37,819 bases of DNA, taken from IMG/VR virus record IMGVR_UViG_2799112916_000002; one strand, 5' to 3'. This stretch comes from a virus. The notes below the pieces were generated by a model. That model was not told the DNA's origin and searched no databases. It was given only the letters and a program-made list of their open reading frames with translations. Shown here in pieces: positions 34,201-37,819 of the stretch. Each line of letters begins with the position of its first letter. Position 1 is the first letter of the stretch. The translations under genes were made by a program, and so were the position numbers.

Positions 34201-36817
34201 CAGTCGTGATTTTATTAAAATTGTAAATTCAAGTAATTTTAATGTTTTATATAATTCAGTGAATGCATCTGGAAGCGTCATAATCTCTCAAAATTCTAAA
34301 AACAATTCAATCATTTCAAATACTATCACAATCAATGGTGATAAGGATATTTGTGCATATAAATCCATAAGCAGTGATGATTCAAATATTTTAAATAATA
34401 TAATCAACTCTTGTGTTAGCTCAAATAAAGCCGTGATTTATGGTGATGATGAATCTAGAAACAATGACATTGAATTTAATAGGATTGTCTCCAGATCCGA
34501 TGATGGGGCTGATTTTGCAGTTGTCTTTGATACAAAATCTGACTTGTCAAATGTTATTGCAAACAATTACTTAACTTCATCTAATGGCAGTTTATGTGGA
34601 AATGATGCCGTCATGGCAGTAAATGAACTGGTATGTAATAATACTCCATTTAATCTTTATGTTTCAGTTGATACTAATGGGAGCGAAGATGGAAGTATGG
34701 CTCATCCATACTCAAGTATTTCAAAAGCAATCGAAAATTCATTAAGTGGAAGCATCATATATGTACTGCAAGGTTATTATAATGAAAGCAATTTGGTAAT
34801 AGATAAAAATATTACAATAACGGCTTTAAATAATGAAGGAAATGTTTATGTTGATGCTTTAAATGACCGTTTATTTAATATAACAAGTAGTGGTGCTTTG
34901 ACTGTAAATGCATTGAGAATATTTAATGGATTTAGTGAACTTGGAGGATCACTATTCTATAACCAAGGAAAACTGATAATCAACAATTCAATGATATACA
35001 ACTCATCATCATATTATGATAACTCAAATCCTACATTCACAGCTAACAAATACGCTTCAAATACATGGGACAGTCATGATTGCTCTAACTTAGGTTTAGG
35101 CGGAGCAATACTTAACTATGGTGAGCTATTGATATCATCATCTGATTTATTTAACAATTTTGCACATAAAGGCGGTGCTTTAGCTGATTTTGGAAAAACA
35201 ATAATTAAAGACTCTGTAATTTCTGATAATGTTGGTGTACATGGAGGAGCCATATATACAAATTCAAATCAGACATTAGAAATTGTTAACAGTGAATTTA
35301 TAAATAACTTGGCCATTACAACATTGGATTATTGCAGTATTAAAAAAACAGGCCAATTCCCACCATATTTGTATTTAACAAATTGTGAAGAGGAATGTGG
35401 TCATGGAGGAGCAATATATTCAAATACTTCCATGGATATTAAAGATTCATTATTTGAGAATAACACTGCAAAATCAGGTGGGGCCATTGCAATCCCAACA
35501 AAACTGGTTCAAGAAAGATTCAATGATTTAAGCTATAAGCAGAGTGATGATTTTGGCAGCATTGACTTAAATATTGAAAATTCTGAATTTAGATATAACG
35601 AAGCGAAAGATACGAGATGTGGAAACCAAACAATGCTTAAAAATCCAAATTCCTTGAGTGTTGATAAATATGCAAAAGGATTCAATGGTGGGGCAGTATT
35701 TGGTAGTTTGGATGAAATGCATATCTATAATTCATTATTTGAGCACAACACTGCACATGGAAATGGTGGAGCGTTATGTGTTCAAACAAGAGACTCAACA
35801 ACAACTTCATCTAAATTCCTTAACAATACTGCAGGTGAAAGTGGAGGAGCATTAGATATATTTGGAAACTCACAGGTATTCAATACTGAAATTCTTGACA
35901 ATAATGCTAAAAATGGTGGAGCTATACAATATACTTCCTATGAATATTATTCACATCTTCAAAATAATATGAATTTATTCAACGTTACTGTGGCCGGAAA
36001 TAAAGCATTGGATAAAGGAGGTGCTTTTGCAAACTCTGGAAACTTTGCAATAACACATTCAAATATTTATGGAAATTCAGCTCCGAATGGTGCAACATTT
36101 ACTGGTGGAGGAAATGTAGATGCACGTAGCAACTGGTGGGGATCAGTTGATGGGCCGGATGATTCAGTATGGAATTTAAACAATGTGAGATTTAGAACTT
36201 GGTTAAATGATAAGGTGAAATGGGATGCAGTGCCTGTTAATGATGGAGAATCTGGTAATGGAAATAATGGTAATGGAAATAATCCTGGCAGATATTATAA
36301 TCCATCAAGTTCCACAGGTTCAGGCGTTAGCACCGGTTCAACATTATCTGGAAGAAACTCTAATACTAGAAGTTCTAGTGGTTTTTCACTTCCTGGAAGT
36401 TGGCCAAGTGGAAATGGAAAAAGTGGAAAACTTGATTTAAATGGTTATCTATCTAATGATGGGAAAAGTAATGGTAAAACAGATTCAAATGGATATTTAT
36501 CTAATAATGGGGAAGGTAATGGTAAAACAGATGTGAGTGGAAATCATCTAAATCCAAATAGTTTAAGTAGAGTTAACAGCTCTAATGTTAATGATTTGTC
36601 TTCAGTTGGAATGAGTGCAAATGCGGCAGATTCATCTTCAAGTTCTGGAGGAGCAATGTCTTCAGGGGTTGATGATACAGTAAAAGCATATGAGATTACA
36701 AAAGAAGTTAATAAAAAACTCGATTTAGAAAATAATCTAATGAATATTATTTTTGTATTAATTGTATTAATGTTACTAATCATTGGGTATTATAGAAAAT
36801 ACCAAACTAAAGATTAA
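31235..36817 (+). CDS. Adhesin-like surface protein with parallel beta-helix repeats and C-terminal membrane anchor
   Basis: Signal peptide; many I.NN.I beta-helix repeats; GGAI/GGAL repeats; NWWGS; Gly/Ser/Asn linker; hydrophobic C-terminus ending YYRKYQTKD; TAATG overlap with the previous gene. Confidence 0.9.
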   Translation: MRKAAIIAIVLVLFACLSVSYADDSLDNATLTTTDEDVIALESDDVLEDTSEISVTDDNYDQYFNKYTGKLNDDVGSVSTVKIGNVTDKLFTFDKPVDVMPLSEDSQIKNGVIHLIEGSDGSSVCNLIINNTKGDVMKDGMSVSKLHGVWLSNSSNNLISGNTIIIAEEEGCYAMPMGYSSNNRIVYNNITSHITSCLVMGSCNNNTISYNRIRMLSVRDMVTSNLIYFNGYGHADYQGPADCVGNIISNNYFEGFSNSIWSVIVKCDGKSDDTQIINNTIIKGHEGIRVLDDILTNYGIQAKNVLIKDNTIINSTLSILTGSNNVEILNNHIVGFAQTEGIFAENFKDGNVSIHDNTIEYTDLGTGIHVASDNAEIYNNKIKISRYGDGIIIEADNAKVLKNDIKVTQDTAIGIHGSNTAIENNVIYSFGKGIVSAINRESEKVYNTKIINNKIFTDDYAVYIDGYVFNTTIKDNTVETNQSEAFYINIIDTLEDKQHGSIADNNVNGVIENTETLIIDDSNFYDYFDEDGYFTYEFKPNSKNIIFFTFLTNKDVHFTDQIILTSNKMANLLYNVSITFSGDACDSSISDLKFYNIDKSSIILDGVENVDIKNNEFTTIGRNIYSISTIKAQRGCVGCNIVGNDIFVTSSSDYAFAISLTEPESVIAKRFSKNFDISDNNILVKTTGVGEGIYIDALIESDIKNNHINVISDDSAYGISICNVMGTPHDINIDSNEIILNSKEMSYLVELYMADDCKIINNYLKAKSNGIYAVAAYRSNGITIDDNEIIISSKGLTSSGVSDVIGKGESAININRVSQITSISNNKFDVEKASVLTKDGSIIKKYANNSYVISPYNYDLYFNSQNKLVNGIIKDDETILFKNFTTSKVMDINIPVTIKGYEHLNEFKAVLILSGMANDANISGIIFNNADVKLDGVNNVAIGNNSFISTSIKDIGGTNNTIESNLFDGCDVLLENASNDTFRLNNVSISRDFIKIVNSSNFNVLYNSVNASGSVIISQNSKNNSIISNTITINGDKDICAYKSISSDDSNILNNIINSCVSSNKAVIYGDDESRNNDIEFNRIVSRSDDGADFAVVFDTKSDLSNVIANNYLTSSNGSLCGNDAVMAVNELVCNNTPFNLYVSVDTNGSEDGSMAHPYSSISKAIENSLSGSIIYVLQGYYNESNLVIDKNITITALNNEGNVYVDALNDRLFNITSSGALTVNALRIFNGFSELGGSLFYNQGKLIINNSMIYNSSSYYDNSNPTFTANKYASNTWDSHDCSNLGLGGAILNYGELLISSSDLFNNFAHKGGALADFGKTIIKDSVISDNVGVHGGAIYTNSNQTLEIVNSEFINNLAITTLDYCSIKKTGQFPPYLYLTNCEEECGHGGAIYSNTSMDIKDSLFENNTAKSGGAIAIPTKLVQERFNDLSYKQSDDFGSIDLNIENSEFRYNEAKDTRCGNQTMLKNPNSLSVDKYAKGFNGGAVFGSLDEMHIYNSLFEHNTAHGNGGALCVQTRDSTTTSSKFLNNTAGESGGALDIFGNSQVFNTEILDNNAKNGGAIQYTSYEYYSHLQNNMNLFNVTVAGNKALDKGGAFANSGNFAITHSNIYGNSAPNGATFTGGGNVDARSNWWGSVDGPDDSVWNLNNVRFRTWLNDKVKWDAVPVNDGESGNGNNGNGNNPGRYYNPSSSTGSGVSTGSTLSGRNSNTRSSSGFSLPGSWPSGNGKSGKLDLNGYLSNDGKSNGKTDSNGYLSNNGEGNGKTDVSGNHLNPNSLSRVNSSNVNDLSSVGMSANAADSSSSSGGAMSSGVDDTVKAYEITKEVNKKLDLENNLMNIIFVLIVLMLLIIGYYRKYQTKD
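36440..36535 (+). repeat. Imperfect 48-bp tandem repeat x2 in the adhesin linker
   Basis: Encodes NGYLSNDGKSNGKTDS / NGYLSNNGEGNGKTDV. Confidence 0.85.
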
Positions 36818-37141
36818 TTTTAACTCATGTTAATTCAGTTTATCATTTAAACTACTGTTATTCATTATACTAATACAATTTTAATTCTTTCTATTTAAAA
36901 TTAGGTAAACTCAATATGATTAGTGGGAAAAACGTTATTGTTGAGTTAATAGTTTACTTTATATTTTTTTATTTTATTGTAAAAATTTTATGCAATCTTT
37001 TTTTAAGCATATCTTTTCAATTTTTAATTATAATTTATTCAATTTAGTTTTAGAAATATTTAAGTATTTTTCCACATATAGTTTAATTATATATTAATTA
37101 TTAATTAATATGTTGTAATTTTTTATAAAGAGGTAAAATCC

Positions 37142-37819
37142 ATGAAGAATTATAGAATATTTATAATTTCTTTATTATTGTTAATTTTCATGATTGGCGC
37201 AGTAAGTGCTACAGAGGAAAATTCAACTGATAATTTAGAAATTTCGGGTGATATAAGTATTTCAGAAGAGACTTTGCCTTCTGTTGATAATATGGGGGAA
37301 GATCAAAGTTCTAGTTCTGATGATGTTTTAGGTGTAAGTACTGAAGATTCAACTAGTGATGATATTATTGCTGATGGGGGAGAATCTTCTCCGTACAAAG
37401 CTGTTGCTAATGTGACTAGCTATAATGTTGTGGTTGATGATGGTAGTAGTGTGAATCTTCAATTTTTATATAAAGAGGATGATTCTCCTGCTGCTGGTAA
37501 GAATTTCACTGTTTGTTTAGTTGGGCATGATGCTGAAGACAATGTTATTATTAATAACTATAATTTTATTTCAGATAGTAATGGTGTTGGTAGTTTCTTG
37601 ATAGATGTTCCTGAAGGTTACTATGAGATTCAATCAATTTATGATATAAATAATTGCATTGTTCGATTACCTGATGGGGTTTATATTTCTGTAACTGTTA
37701 CATCTACTATTCTTAAGAACACTATTGTTGCTGATAATGCTACTTTCACTGCTGGCGGTTCTATGGATTATGAGGTTAAATATTTGGATGAAGATGGTAA
37801 TCCATTAGTTGGTGAAGAT
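37142..37819 (+). CDS. Adhesin-like protein, 5' part (runs off the window)
   Basis: Translated by hand: MKNYRIFIISLLLLIFMIGAVSATEENSTD..., acidic linker, FISDSNGVGSF Ig-like motif; RBS GAGGT; no stop before 37819. Confidence 0.85.
   Translation, partial: MKNYRIFIISLLLLIFMIGAVSATEENSTDNLEISGDISISEETLPSVDNMGEDQSSSSDDVLGVSTEDSTSDDIIADGGESSPYKAVANVTSYNVVVDDGSSVNLQFLYKEDDSPAAGKNFTVCLVGHDAEDNVIINNYNFISDSNGVGSFLIDVPEGYYEIQSIYDINNCIVRLPDGVYISVTVTSTILKNTIVADNATFTAGGSMDYEVKYLDEDGNPLVGED

Overview
AT-rich archaeal DNA, most likely Methanobrevibacter or a related Methanobacteriales (inferred from giant adhesin-like genes, archaeal wHTH/RHH regulators and TTTATATA-type promoters). Bases ~1-24.8 kb hold an integrated virus-derived element: tyrosine integrase, portal-like gene (native start cut off by a 13-bp tandem duplication), prohead protease/scaffold, a collagen-rich fibre cluster with holin-like genes and a GT2 glycosyltransferase, three paralogous capsid-decoration genes and two tandem divergent major-capsid-like genes. 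Two cargo blocks interrupt it: XRE-ImmA plus DUF4411-like PIN, and Vsr, degenerate DUF262, RHH, C5 methyltransferase and two putative endonucleases. I recognise no terminase, tail tube/tape measure, replication or endolysin gene in the window; DNA upstream of base 1 is not visible. Bases ~25-37.8 kb are host adhesin-like genes. The strongest candidate for a new system is a capsid-decoration-anchored collagen fibre whose linker domain is split twice at the same turn between the C-terminus of one protein and the N-terminus of the next, suggesting chain assembly by strand complementation on a head-only, two-MCP particle. All family calls come from motif recognition by eye; no searches were run.
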